DNA from: Eledone cirrhosa
Lineage: Eukaryota
Length of the DNA stretch: 64,000 nt
Assembly: GCA_964016885.1 (NCBI GenBank)
Contig: OZ024743.1
Location: 174,344,001 to 174,408,000, forward strand
Direction: 5' to 3'
Shown here: positions 26,960 through 40,601 of the stretch, piece after piece
How positions within the stretch are numbered: position 1 is the stretch's first letter
Layout of the letters: every line of letters begins with the position of its first letter
Translations under genes and position numbers: made by a program
Notes under the pieces: generated by a model
Seen by the model: the letters and a program-made list of their open reading frames with translations, nothing else
Told to the model about the DNA's origin: nothing
Databases searched by the model: none

Positions 26960-27135
26960 CTCCTCCTGAATCTTCGGAAAGAATACAATCGTGTATACAA
27001 GCGACCAAAATGGGGTGCTTCCAAAGGCTCTTTGAAGTAACGTTACTTAATAGAGTGCATAGCTCAGAGATCAGAGTAGCACTCCAAGTAGAGCTGCTAC
27101 TTCTCTGAATTGAGAGATCACAGCTCCGATACATA
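26960..27135 (+). mobile_element. Old RTE (Expander/Rex3-like) C-terminal fragment
   Basis: ERIQSCIQATKMGCFQRLFEVTLLNRVHSSEIRVALQVELLLL*IERSQLR. Confidence 0.6.
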
Positions 27136-28613
27136 CGTAGGTAACATATAAAAAAATAAGGAAAGAAAATATCACTATTTCTCTTTGTGGAAGAAATGGG
27201 CTGTATTGAGGAACACAGTGGCCATGCATACTCCTAAAATAAGTACCAGTAAGTTTGGACTCTTAGTTGATTTTACCCACTGTTGATGGCCATCTGTACA
27301 CAGTTCTTTTTCTTGCCATGCTTGCTACTGATATACACATGCACCCCCACACACATGTAGCCCCCACCCCACCACATATTTGAACAACAGAGGCGGAGTT
27401 GATGGAATAAAAACTGTCCTATATTGATAAGGTCAGATCAATTTTAGATAGCTAAAGAAAGGCTAAATAGATATAAAAAGAAAGACATGAATAAAGGCTA
27501 AATTGAATAAAACACATACGCACAAGTATACATTATCATAATCTCAAACATCATCACTATCATCATCATCACCACCACCACCACTACTACCATCATCTTT
27601 AACCACTACCACCACCATCATCATAATCACCCCCATCCCCACCACGGCCATCATAACCACCACCACCAACATAACCCCCCCCCCTCATAATCACCACTAC
27701 CACCACCATCATCAACACTACCATCATCATAATCACCACCATCACCATATGGTTGATTTGACCCAGTAAAATCTAGGTTGACACATGTAACCATTCTCAG
27801 TGGAGTAATGTATGCATGTTGTTTTTCTTTTTTATCAAAGTTTAGCAGATGAGACTTCAACAACAATATTAGAATCAGTTTTTGACAAGTCTTAAGATTT
27901 TGTTTATTCTTTTACTATTATCAACATCAAAGAGAGGAAAGATAACTTGACCTTTGTGGCATTTGGCCTCAGGGCACAATTGACCTGGAACAAATATTCA
28001 AGCATTTTCAATCTAATGACATATACTCTGATCAAAAGGTTTTAAAATGGTGATACTAACTTGACCGTTGATTTTCATTATCCAAGCCAGTGTAAAGTAT
28101 TGATCCCAAGAGACAATGAAACATATACTGTAGATTTGAACTCCTGTCTTTTGACCTGGTCATTCATTTAGCTATGTTGCTTCTTGTTTCTGTCTGTTGA
28201 TATCAATTAAACAGATTTATGATAAAATGCATGTTTTATATTGTTTCTAGCTTCTTGTGTTATGTGTATGTTCAGCATCATCGTTTTTATGTCCACTTTT
28301 CCATATTTGCATGGGTTGGACCGGTCCTTCTCAGCACGGCATCACTCTACTTATCATCTTTGTCGTCATCTCCTCTTCCAGTCTTAATGACTTGGGGTCC
28401 ATTCTCACAACCTCTGCCCAGGTCTTTCTTGGTTGTCCTCTACTGCGGCTTCCTTGGGTACTGAGCTGGAGCCACGGACCTCTCATATAGGCCGACTAGT
28501 GCATCTTTTTTACACACACTCCCATACCATTCAGAGTGTAGCTGCATATTAACATTACACAGCCATTAAAGCATCCTTACCTCATTTCTTTCAAGCCTCC
28601 GCTAACCTCTGCA

Positions 28614-28972
28614 GGATTTGAACTCAGAACGTAAAGGGACGTAACTATGTCGCTAAGAAGCACAATGTCTGACACTCTACCAATTCTACTGCTAATCCAC
28701 CACCCTTTATAATGATAATTGTTTCTACTTTTGGCACAAGGCCAGCAATTACCCAGTACATTACTGGTACTTTATTTTATCAGCCCCGTAAGGATGAAAG
28801 CAACGTTAACCTCGGCGGGATTTGAACTCAACGTAAAGGGCCGTAACTCTATGCTGTAAAGATGGTATCTGATGCCCTACCGATACTACCAATTTACCAC
28901 CCTTTAGAATAATAATAATTGTATCTACTTTTGGCATAAGGCCAGCAATTACCGAGTACATTATTGGTACTT
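28614..28972 (-). mobile_element. Tandem SINE fragments (ggatttgaactca family)
   Basis: B-box-like ggatttgaactc and core tttattttatc..ccc.taaggatgaaagg; related pieces at 41010-41325, 47615-47755, 57955-58050 and 61130-61315. Confidence 0.7.
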
Positions 28973-28975
28973 TAT

Positions 28976-31900
28976 AATAATAATAATAATAATAATGATT
29001 TCATTTATTAGCCACAAGGGCCGACATGTAGGGGACAATACAAAGACAGGGACAGTGGGGGTTTACAATGAGGTCGAGTAAAAGTGCACAATGGCAAGAC
29101 TAATTTAACAATGAAGATATAAAAATATAAAATAAACTATGCATAAATATAACAAAATAAATTCCCCGATAGGGGGTGGACGACCCTGGGGTGACTCGAG
29201 TACCCCACCAATCCTGAACTATTCTGCGCTTCTAGGGCACCCAGGGAGAGCACCCCTCTCCTCAAGTTAGCTAGCCTATAGGCGCATGGTCAGAGTAGGC
29301 CCATTCACACAAGCCATTCTCGCCACATTCATCCACCTTTTAGCAAATGTACTGGGGGGCAGCACTTCTCTCTCCACCATCACCTTCCTTTCCAGGTGAA
29401 ACTTGAAGAAGTTGAGGGATTGGCCGAAGGGAAAAGTGTCTGCCTTCAGTCCTTTTAATCTAGTCCACCATATAACCTCTTTCGCAACTGCCACCAGACA
29501 GAAAATTTCCTGCTCTTCCTGACCTAAGGAAGGCAGTGGGTCGATCTTCACTATGGACTCGGCCGATAGCCGGATTCATTCCACACGCGACAGTAACTGT
29601 TCGACATAACTCCACAAGTTAGTAAGGCACGGACATTGGACAAGTGCGTGCAGAACGGTTTCGTCGTTCTGTGCGCATCTTGGGCAGGTCCTGTAGAGTT
29701 TATGCCGAACCGGCAGTGCCCTCCGGTAGCACTGCCAAGCGAGGGATTTCAGGAAATTGTCCATCATCCCCGGATCGAAAGTCCTCCGGTACAGACTGGA
29801 CAGTTCGACTTCGTCGAGGCCCAAAGCTTCTCCGAGTGTGTCATTGCACTTGCCCACCACTAATCCTCTATAGAACTCGAGAGTGGAAGTTCCACTGATC
29901 GCATTGCCCGCTTGGTAGAGGGCAGTGAGTGCCTGGCAACATTCCAGGTGCCAGTCACCCAGTCTCGGTCTCTTCTTGACCCAGGACTGCAGATCAGTCA
30001 AAGAAATTAACTGCGGAAAGGCCCGTCTGATAAACGGCGACCACACCTGTTCACCGTTTAGGCAGAATATTTGGAGATGTCGCAGCCTCAACGCATGTCT
30101 GCGCATTATTAGCCACGGCATGCCCAGCCCTCCGCGTAGAGGGTGCTGGCAGCAGATGGACTGCCTCACAAACGGAACTTGTCCCCTCCACAATAATTTG
30201 AAGAGGAGCCGTTCCAACTTGACGAGGCGCGGACGGGGGCAAGGCACGACGGTCAGGTGGTAGTAGATGACGGACGCAATGTACGCATTCGCCGCTTCCT
30301 CGCAGCCCATTTTTTGGTGAGACTGGCTACTCTGCTCGTTACCTCGTCCCAATTCTTTTCCACCTGGAGGTCTGGGAACCAAAGCCTGAGCAACTTTACC
30401 AGTCCGTCCGTCCAGCGCCCCACAACGCTGTTGGACGGCATGGGCTTGCCTCCAGGTTCCGAGCTGCAAGCCCACCGACTTCTGGGTTAAGTTTGGCACC
30501 TGTCAACCTTTCATATTCCTTCAATAAGGTGCCGACCACCTCGATTTCTGAGGTGTTTGACACCATCACGGTGATGTCGTCCGCATAAGCCGACACCGCC
30601 TTTCCACGTCCCGGTTCGAGCAGGATGCCCTGCAACAGCTCCAACTTCCGCAGTAAAGGCTCGAGAGTCAATACGTACAGAAGGGAAGAGAGAGGGCACC
30701 CTTGACGGACCGATCGGGAGAGCCGAAATGGTTCCGAGAGGTGGCCATTAACCTTGACCACCGAGCGTGTGCCGCTGTGCATTGCAGCGATCCAGCTTCT
30801 GAAGACAAGGCCAAAGCCAGCTGCTTTGAGGACAAACTCAAGATACCGATGGTCGACCCTATCGAATGCTTTCGATTGATCTAAATTGATCAGTGCCCCA
30901 CCGAAGCCAGGTTTACACCCTACCCTCTCTATGATGTATCGCATGACATGGAGATTGTCGTGTATGGACCTGGCTGGGATTGCGCAAGTTTGTGCCTCCC
31001 CAACCAAATCCTCGACGACAAGCACCAATCTCTTTGCTAACACCTTGGCCAAAATCTTAAACTGTGTTGAGCAGAGTTATGGGCCTGAAGTTGTCTAATG
31101 TATCCCTCTTGTTCTCGTCTTTCCTTATCAGCGTCACCGCTCCCCTGCTCACAGAACTGGGAATACTCCCATTCTGCTGCCAGTTGCAGTAGAGTGCTTC
31201 AAGGAGATCAGAGAACAAGTCTGGCATATTTACGTAAAGCTTGTAGGGCAGGCCATCCAAACCGAGTGACTTGTGCCTCATGCAGCCGACAAGGGCGTCC
31301 TGAATTTCGGCTGAAGTAATCGGCCTTTCGCAGCGTTCAGTGTCGACCGTCGAGATGCTCGGCAAGCCGTCAAGGTAGGGACTGAAATCCGCTACTCTCT
31401 GACTTGCCACTCTCCCTGAACAACCGAGCAAAGTGCTGCCAAAAGGCCTCACACATCCGCTTGGAATCGCTTATCTCGTGTCCGTCTCGGTCCGCCAAAG
31501 ACCGAATTGTTGTTTTATTACCACGCTGCGCCTCCGCCACGCGGGCCCATCGAACAGCTTTAGTTCCCTCGTTTCTCAGCGCACGCGCCTTACCTCTGAC
31601 AATGCAACCTTCGTGTTTCGCATTGAAGAAATGGTCTAATGCCATTCTCGCCGCTAGCAGGTCAGTTGCAATGCCACTACAAATAGCCTCGTCTAACTTA
31701 TCTACCACCTCCCCCTCCTTTCTATTTTTATCTAACGCTAGTTCTTTGCTGAACTCTATCGAAGTTACTCTAATCTCTCTTTTGAGAGCCTCCCACCATC
31801 TGTTGTTGATGATCCCCCCCCTATCAACTTTTGCTTAACTAAATTGTTGACTCGGTCCCTGTAAGCCTTATGTGCCGGAAATGACATGTTCAGCTTCCAG

Positions 31901-34900
31901 TAACCCAGTCCTAACCTACGCGTTTTATCTAGGTCGACCGTACAGATCACAAATTTGTGATCTGAATAGGCGACCGTTTTAAAAAGTGGGCAGCCTACAC
32001 TATTTCTATCTATTTTCCTAATGAAGATTCTGTCTATATACAATCTAGATGACCCCATTCGGTTGGTCCATGTCCATACTGGCACATTAGGGAAATCTAG
32101 TCGATACCTGTCAGACAGTTGGAACTGGCTGAGTAGGTCCTTGAGGCTTTTGCACCCCCCGCTTCTATTGGCTACTCCCACACAATCCCAGCGTGCGTCT
32201 AAGATGCCATTCCGGTCCCCCACTAACAGTAAAGGGCGAGACGTGCCCAGAAAGGTCTCCAGGCGCCTAAAGAAGTCTGGTCGTCCGGCTTCTGTAGGGG
32301 CGTAGACGGCCAGCAATCTAAAGGCGCCACCTTCGCTACTGCTCACATCCAAGACCACCAACTTACTGTCCGGGTCCCGGAAGATCGACCTTACCTCGAG
32401 ATTCAGTCCTTTCCTAAACAGCACTGCCACCCCCCCATTCCCGGCCTGCTAACAGATGTGAAGATCTGATAGTCGTCGAAAATGGGGGCTAGTGCGCGCG
32501 TGTCGGAAATTCTGGTCTCGCTGACGGCAATCACAACCATTTCCAGCGACCTGAGCTCATTGAGCAGGCGACCCTGCTTCCAGGGTGACCCCAGGCCGCG
32601 AACATTTAAACTTCCTACTCTTAATATGGCCATGTTGGCAAGCTAAAAGAGAGAGGGAAGGTTTACTTACCTCCCGGGGTCTTGTGAAGGTCGGGTGGTT
32701 CGACCTCCATGGTTGGTGGGGTTTCTTTTGGGAACCCCTTTAAAAGTCTCGATGTGGGTTTCACATTCGGGGTTCCACGTCTTGAGGAAAGCTTTCGAAT
32801 TTCTTTGAAGGAATCGAGTGACATTCGGACCAGAAGCAAATCTTCTGGCACGCAAAATGTGCTCATTTCAAAAATCTCCCCCTCTGTTTAAATGTCCTCG
32901 CTTCGTGCCAAGAGGGCCATCAGTTTATCGTTGGCCCTTCTGACAAGCACGAAATTTTAAACATTTTGTTGGTGTGGTTTTATTTGTTTTCGTTTTGGTG
33001 ACTGTGGTGGTGATGGTTTTGGTGGTGTTGTTTCGGGTATGTTTGTGTTTGTTGTAGGTGTGGTGTCTGCAATTTCAGGTATTTGTGTGTTTATTTGTAC
33101 TTGTGTTTGTTTAGGTTGTTTGCATTTCGGGGATTGTGGAGGTGGTGTCGATGTTGCTGTTGGTGATGATGTTATTGGGGAAGTGTTTGCGTTAGTGGTG
33201 TCTGTATTTTTTGTTGTGTATACTTTTGTGTTTTGTTGGGGCTTTTTTTGGGTGAGTTTTCTCTGTTTTTTTGCACTTTTGGGTTTTCCTTCATCTTCGC
33301 TGCTGGAAGACAAAGGGTCTGTGACTGTGAGTGTCTCTGTGTCTGCGTGTGCGTTTATTGTTTTGTCCATGTGTATAATTGGGGGGGGGGGAGCTTTCCT
33401 CGTTTTCCCCTCGGATTGGTTTTGGTGTTGGTGGTGGTCCGGCTGTTTTTGATGTTGGTGTCCGTGTCTTTGTTAGTGTTGTTTTTGGTGGTGGTGGTGC
33501 AGCTTTCCGTGCTGACAGTGGCGTTGGCAACAAAGGAGGTTTGCGACCCCCTACATTTTTGCGGTGATGGCAGAAGGCTTGTAGATGCGTTGCTTCCCCG
33601 CAGACGAAGCAGTGTGGCCTTCTTCCCTCAGTGATTAGTTGGATTGTTGTCCCGTCCTGCAGGCTTGCAAAATCCAGGATGTTGTTCATGTCCTCCGGTT
33701 TCATTTGGAGAAGAATTTCCAAATCCATTCCGGACCAGTCTTCTCTCTCTGTCTTTTGATATCCAGGAGGGTAGTGTCTGTCCCCTCCTCGATTACGCAT
33801 CCCAGCAGCCACCATATGTTCATTCCTGGTGGGATGCTGGGAATGCGGACTTTTACTGTTCTTTTACCCATGTAGGACGGGTGCATGATAATGCATTCCG
33901 TTCTGCAGGGGGCCACCGAGTGCTTAATAGCAAGGGCCTCGGTTTTGAACAGTACTGAGATGGTACCGAACTGTTTGGCTCTTGCCTTATACTCTTATGT
34001 CACTTCCGATGCACTCCAAAGCAGCCTCGACCTCTGCTTGGCTGACAAGTTCCAGTTTTCGTGTCTGCACCAAAATGCATCGAAAGTACACCGTCCTCCT
34101 TTGCATGGCAGCTATTGCCCCGTCCGGGATGGTCAGGTTTGCCCAGGACTTCTCCCGTTTAATTAGCCTCCACGCCTGGGCCAACTGTTCGTTTTTATCG
34201 CTAATATCAGTATCCAATAAGCGCTTTGTTTTTGCTGCTGCTGCAGTAAAGGTGGTGCCTCTGATGCTCTTGTTGTTTCTGTTGCTGCAGTTGCCACCGC
34301 TGTTTTTGTTGTCCGTGGCTTTGGTGTGGGTGCTACGGATGTTGTCTTCCTACTTTATGTAGAAGCTACCGACTTTTTCGCTGACTGCTCTGTTTCTGAT
34401 GGCAAGTTCTGGCGTTGGAAGGAGGGGGACCTTCGCCTTTGTTATTTTCTTTGGGCAGAAAGCCCTAAGGTGAGACTTCGATCCACAGTTGAAGCACTTT
34501 GGGTGCCTTACTTCCACAGATATGGGAAGTTGGGAGCCATTCCCGAGGTCTATTACGTCGGGAATAGTGATGATGCTGTCATTGTTGGTTTGGATGAGCA
34601 TCTCCATTCCAATACCAGACCAGTCTTCTCTCCCCAACTTCTGTACCTGCAGAATGGTTGTTTTATCCTTGATGCTTGCAAGAACAGACAGGACCAGCTA
34701 AGGCACGGGTTCGTAGGGCGGAACCTGGGTTACCCTGACCGTTCCAATTTTTTTTCCCGCAGTAAAACGGGACTAATGTTATGTCATCACTTCGTAGGGT
34801 CCTCAGTGAGTGCGATTTTGCTTCCTGGATGGTAGCAAAAAGGACGTCCACGGTAGCATATTTCTTGCCTCGAGTGATGTAGGTTTTCTGTGTCCACACA

Positions 34901-35762
34901 GTTCCCAAGGCCTTCTGGATTTGCGCCTCCAAGGAGCTCTCCACACGACGCGATTTTGTGGCAATCATGCGGTATGACACTGTGCGTCGCTCTTGTTCCT
35001 CCAGGAAGTCAGTTGGTGGTTTCAAGGACACTGAAAATTCAGTTCTGGTTACCATGTGTCTTGTGACCACCATCTCCTCCTCTGTGACCAGGACTATTCT
35101 ACGTTGCGAGCCACCTTTGCAAAAGAGATGGTCCCCTTTTCAGTGGCATCATTGTTGCTGCCGCTACTGATGCTACTGGTCTTGTTGTTTGTGCTGTTGA
35201 TGTTGCTACAAATCGTGTTGTTGCTGTTATCACTGTTGCAGTTAGTTGTGTCTTTGGTGCCGCCATTGTTGTTGTTCTCGGTGCAATTTGTATTGTTGCT
35301 GTTTGTCGCTATTTGTTTTCATGTTAGTGGTGTTAATATTGTTGTTGCATTTATGTCATTTTTTCTGTTGTCTGTATTTTGGTTGTCGCTGTTACTGTTG
35401 TGGTTGGTGTGGTCATTTTTAAAAAAATTAGTATTCTCAGTATTGTCATTGCTGTTTTTGTTCACGTTGTTTGTGGTTGTGTTTGTTATAACAGTTTCTG
35501 TGTTCGCCGTAACCCTCCTCTCTACTTTTACATTGTTGTGGCACGACAGCAGACATATCGCTGGGGCGTGTGGCTCAGCCATGTTTTTTATTCGATAACT
35601 TTTAAAAGTAAAAAGTTCAAATATTTGGGCCCTAGTATACTTTCCCCTTCACAGGGCAAAGTCCAAGGGCTTATATTTCTTACACAACAACAAAAATTTA
35701 ACAATAAATAATTATGACAGGTAAATAAAGAGACTTACGAGAGCGAGCAAAAAGACGTCCGA
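28976..35762 (-). mobile_element. Near full-length Tx1/L1-clade LINE (~6.8 kb), frameshifted
   Basis: ORF2 pieces: APE (GSLNVRGL, SET, YIDRIF, SDH), RT (NFRPITLLN, LDQSKAFD, QGCPLS, YADD) and zf-RVT (CPRC..ETVLHALVQC). ORF1 region 35582-32660 has two CX2CX4HX4C knuckles. 3' AATAAA plus (ATT)n tail at 28976-29000. Confidence 0.9.
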
Positions 35763-36865
35763 TAATGGTCTTGTTCAGTGTGTAGGAAAGGTGTAAGTAG
35801 GAACTCCATTCTCTGCCCCAAATGCAAACAAGGGGTACACAAGAGATGTAGCGGGATCTCAGGAAGCTTAATTAAGAATGTAGGCTTCACATGCAGCAGC
35901 TGTGCTGAGACAGCAAGCAGCAAACAGCCACAGGAAACAAGTACCACCAATCTCTGGGAGGGCTCTGTAGAAACAGTAGACAGCTTCTGCTACCTAGGTG
36001 ACCGAATTAGCAGAGGAGGTGGGTGTTCAGAAAGTACAATAACTAGGGTAAGAACGGGATGGAAGAAGTTTAGGGAACTACTACCACTGCTAGCTGCAAA
36101 AGGCTTCTCCCTCAGAATGAAAGGCAGACTGTATGATGCGTGTATCCGAACAGCAATGTTGCATGGTAGTGAGACCTGGGCGCTGAAGGTGGAAGACTTA
36201 TGTAGATTAGAGAGAAACGAAGCCTGCATGCTCCGATGGATGTGTAACAGTAATATACGTGAACGACAAAGCATAAATGAATTGAGAGAGACTGAGCATA
36301 AGAGGAATCAAATGCTGTGTGCAGGAGAGGCGGTTGCGCTGGTATGGACATGTGATGCGTATGAAGGATGACAGCTGCATAAAAAGGTGCAGAACACTAG
36401 AAGTTGATTGTAACCGCGGAGTGGGGAGACCCAAGAAGACCTGGGATGAGGTGATAAAAGCCGATCTTACCCAATTACACCTCTCAAAGGCAATGACACA
36501 CGGCCGTGACCTCTGGCGTCACGCAGTAATACAGAGTACCCGACCTTCCATGGGTACAAGCTGAAGCATATAGACAATATGCCCCCACACCCTCCCACCG
36601 CAAGGTGGTCGTGGAGGTGCCACGGCAAAAAAGCACCCAGCCCACACTGTAAAGTGGACGTGTAGGCGCCATGAAAAAGCACCCAGCACTCACTGTAAAT
36701 GAGGTTGGTGTTAGGAAGGGCATCCAGCTGTAGAAATCAAGCCAAATCAGTTCCTGTATGAGCAAGGCATGGTCAGCCGACCAGACACTGCCCACAACAG
36801 GACAACCCGTCTAACCCATGCTAGCATGGAAGAACGGACGTAAAACGGTGATGATGATGATGATG
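35763..36865 (+). mobile_element. RTE-clade LINE 3' fragment whose 3'UTR includes SINE-core sequence
   Basis: ORF 35778-36371 (zinc finger, FCYLG, HGSETW), [16 protein letters not shown], then SINE-core sequence and (GAT)n. The same 3' unit recurs at 53424-53773. Confidence 0.85.
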
Positions 36866-37553
36866 AATTGACAAGGAGGAGGCTAGCTCACTGTGTAGGA
36901 TCTGTGGAGAGAGAGAGGAGACTGTGGCTCACATTGTATTCGAGTGTTACCACCTAGCCTAGACTCACTATAAGGGCTGGAGACATGATGTGATGGGCAG
37001 GGTGATCCACTGGCATCTATGCAAAGTAAAAAATTTACCACATTCTGAGAAGTGGTATGAGCATAATCCAGAGTCGGTGATAGAAAACGATCAGGTGAAG
37101 GTGCTGTGGGATTTTAGGATACAGACGGACAAGAAATTAGAACACAATAGGCCTGACCTGGTGGTTTTGGACAAGGAAAAAATATTGTGCCTGATTGTAG
37201 ATGTAGCTTGCCCATTTGACACGAGAGTGCAAGAAAAGGAGAGGGAGAAAATTAACTGATACCAGGACTTAAAGTGGGAGTTAAAAAGGATTTGGAACTG
37301 CCATGAAATCAAGGTCGTCCCGATTGTCATAGGCACACTAGGTACTATCTCAAAGAGTTTCCAAGGATGGTTAAAGAAGATTAGTCCAGCCCCACTTTTT
37401 GGAACACTTCAAAAGGCATGCTTGCTGGGAACAGCATGAACCCTCCAATACGTCCTGAATATTTGAGGCTGCAGGTAGCGGCTTGATATTCATTTCAACA
37501 AACTTTTCAGTTCAACAACAACAATAACAATAACAATAATAATAATAATAATA
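36866..37553 (+). mobile_element. Dong/R4-like non-LTR retrotransposon 3' fragment (CCHC + REL endonuclease)
   Basis: CRIC..ETVAHIVFEC, RHD, LWDF, RPDLVV, IVDVACP, PIVIG, and an (AAC/AAT)n tail. Confidence 0.85.
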
Positions 37554-38752
37554 AGGAGGAGGGGGACATGGGTTAATCCAGTTAGATATTGTGTTGAAAA
37601 CTGCAACAATTGGATTATCTACATATCTAAGGGAATCACATGATTGGATGATCAAACTCGTTTTGAAACACGAAAGCATCAAAAGATGCACAAAGATACA
37701 GTAATGGACTACAAATTTCAGAAGTCCCATTTACTGCTGAAATGGAAAACACAGAAAAAGCAAAGCAGGTAACAGTAACTGCAAAGAAAGAACTGCTACA
37801 GAAACTGGCTAAGAAATGGCAAGAAAAGCCTCTGTATGGAAAATACCCAGAAAGAGCTAACAATCCTGATGTTGAAAAACTTTAACCCATCAGTGGTTGG
37901 CATCCTCTGGACTGAAATCGGAGACTGAAGGACTGATTATATCAGCTCAAGATCAGTGTCTGCCAACAAAAAATTACCAAGCCAACATAATAAAAAATGG
38001 ATGCAGCCCATTATGCTGTGTATGTAAAAAACAACCAGAGACCATTGATCATATAATTTCAATGTGCAGTCCTATAGCTCCAACCGAATACCTAAACAGG
38101 CATGGCAGAGCTGCACAATACATACATTGGATAATGTGTAAGCATTTTGACCTGCCCCATCAAAAGAATTGGTGGGAGCATCAACCATCTCCCATACTTG
38201 AAAAAGATCTTATCTCAATCTTGTGGAACTTTAGCATCCAAACAGACCGAAAAATAGATGCAAATAGACCTGATATAATATTGAAGAACTTTAAAAAGAG
38301 GGTATGCCTGCTAATTGATATGTCTGTTCCAATAGACAAGAATGTATCTATAAAAACATTTGAAAAATTGAGCAAGTATAAGGACCTGGAGATAGAAATT
38401 GGAAAAATGTGGAAATTGAGAACTAAAACAATACCAGTGGTTGTAGGCGCTCTGGGAATGATACCTAAGGGGTCTAATGATTACTTATCGCAAATCCTAG
38501 GAAACCCGCGTATAGGAGAAATACAAAAGATAGTACTAATGGGAACTGCCCATATACTAAAGGAAGATTCTGTCAATATAAGTACATCACAAGTCTAAAC
38601 ACCTAAAGATGCATGTGCGAGTATGTATGTTCTTTCTTGAACATGGCGGACCTTGTTGTCTCTTGAGGTCACTGGTTGTGACTTGATGATAACTCGTATG
38701 AACATAAAGCAAGATAAATGCAACTATAATAATAATAATCATCATCATCATC
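37554..38752 (+). mobile_element. Second Dong/R4-like 3' fragment
   Basis: ORF 37897-38598: ETEGLIISAQDQ, CVC..ETIDHIISMC, RH, RPDII, LIDMSVP, KLSKYKDL, PVVVGALG, and an (AAT)n tail. Confidence 0.88.
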
Positions 38753-39974
38753 ACTGCCACCACTCCCTCCCACCCTCCACCTTCCCTTCTTTCCTTCCTT
38801 CCTTCCTTCACGCTAGCATGGGTTAGATGAGAATTGTCCCACTTGAGGCAAGATTGTTTGGGTGACCGTGTCTCGCTCGTATAGTTACAAAACACTTGTT
38901 ATTGTTAAGAATCCAGATATAGTAGGAAATCTTATAAACATGCCACTAATTTGGCATCATATAATGCAACAACATCATCTGTGCAGACACAACAAACTAT
39001 TTGCCTTGACCTCTATAATTTATCAAAATATACCATAGCCATAACATTTGTAAAATTCTAAGCACTGACATGGCTGTGTGGTCCAGAAATTTGCTTTGCA
39101 ACCATGTAGTTTTGTGTTCAACCCACCAGTGTGGCAACTTGAGCAAGTGGTCTTATATCATAATCTCAAGTTGATAAATGCCTAGTGAGTGTTTGTTTTT
39201 TTTAGATGGAAACTGTGTGGAAGCCTATCATGTGTGTCACTGGGGGTAAACTCTGACCTTCATCCAATTCTTACTGCCTGCTTAAAAAGGATATAAAACC
39301 AATGATGATGAAACATTTTAAAAGCTGATGATGTACCATAACACTTTTAACACCTTATTCAGTGTAACATCATCATCATCACCATCAGCATAATTTTTAC
39401 ATCTGCTTTCCATGCTGGCATAGGTTGAGTTGTCATATTTTGAGGTCAGGTGAACATTTCTGTTCATACATTCCGGGTTTGGCATGGTTTCTGTGGCTGG
39501 ATGCACTTCATAACACTACCAACTATCTTACAAGCTTTACTAAGTATGGGTTTTTTTTGTGGGACCATCACTATCACTTTACAGAGTTGATTGTGGATTT
39601 TATTATGGCCTAGCACTATATCACTTTACAGAGTGAACTGGGTGTGCTTTATCCTGTCACCAGCACCATCACTTTACAGAGTTGACTGTGTGTTTTATCA
39701 TGGCACCAGCACTAGATAGGTTGTCACATGATTGTCCAGTTTGAAGGGTTCCCCTAGCCCCAATAATGTCTCTGTTCACCAAACACAGTAAACTCTTATC
39801 TAGATAAAAGAATGTTGAAATTCACTGTTCTAAAGTGTAGTTGTTTATATTCACCACAACACTTATTTTTATCGAATTTGAAAGGGTGAAAGGCAAAGTG
39901 GAGCTAAATAGGATTCAAAGCCAGAATGTAAAGGGCTTTTTAAGAAGTATCACAGGGTGTTTTCTCTAGTGATC

Positions 39975-40160
39975 TACCGATTCTACCATTCATCTGCCAT
40001 ATATTGCCATTTTGTCCAGTGCTCTACTGATTCTGTTATTCATCTGCCATATATTATTTTGTCCAGTGCTCTACCGATTCTGTTATTCATCTGCCATATA
40101 TTATCATTATGTCTAGTGCTCTACCGATTCTACCATTCATCTGCCATATATTGTCATTTT
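39975..40160. repeat. ~44-bp minisatellite, about 4 copies
   Basis: Repeated tctac(c)gattct..(t)attcatctgccatatatt. Confidence 0.75.
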
Positions 40161-40601
40161 TCTGTGTCCAAGAGTACTTTACCTGATTTTTCAACTATTA
40201 TTTGTGATGATCGAGTATTGTTAAAGTCAACTACATTTCAAATGATTATTTTTTAAAGAGCACACAGTCCACTCTGTAAGGTGGTGATGCTGGTGCCACA
40301 ATATAAAGCACCTAGTCCACCCTGTTGGGTGGTTATGCTGGTACCATGATGAAACAGCACCCAGTCCTTTCTGTTAGGTGGTCATGCTGGTGCCAGGATA
40401 TAAAGCACCCAGTCCACTCTGTTGGGTGGTTGGCATTAAGGAGGGCATCCAGCTATAGAAACCAAACCAAAAACAGATCTGTATTATCAATACATGGTCA
40501 CATAATGTGATGATCTGTCTAACTCATGCTAGTGGAAAATAGATGTTAAATGGTGATGATAATGATAATATTACTTATTCTATATATTTATTATCTTGCA
40601 G

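Noticed and set aside
27530-27750. His/Thr/Pro-rich coding segment
   Set aside because: Degenerate (CAC/CAT)n trinucleotide repeat with no supporting splice phases.
33039-35711. Hydrophobic + strand ORFs resembling membrane proteins
   Set aside because: Antisense shadows of the N/T/K-rich Tx1 ORF1 linkers.
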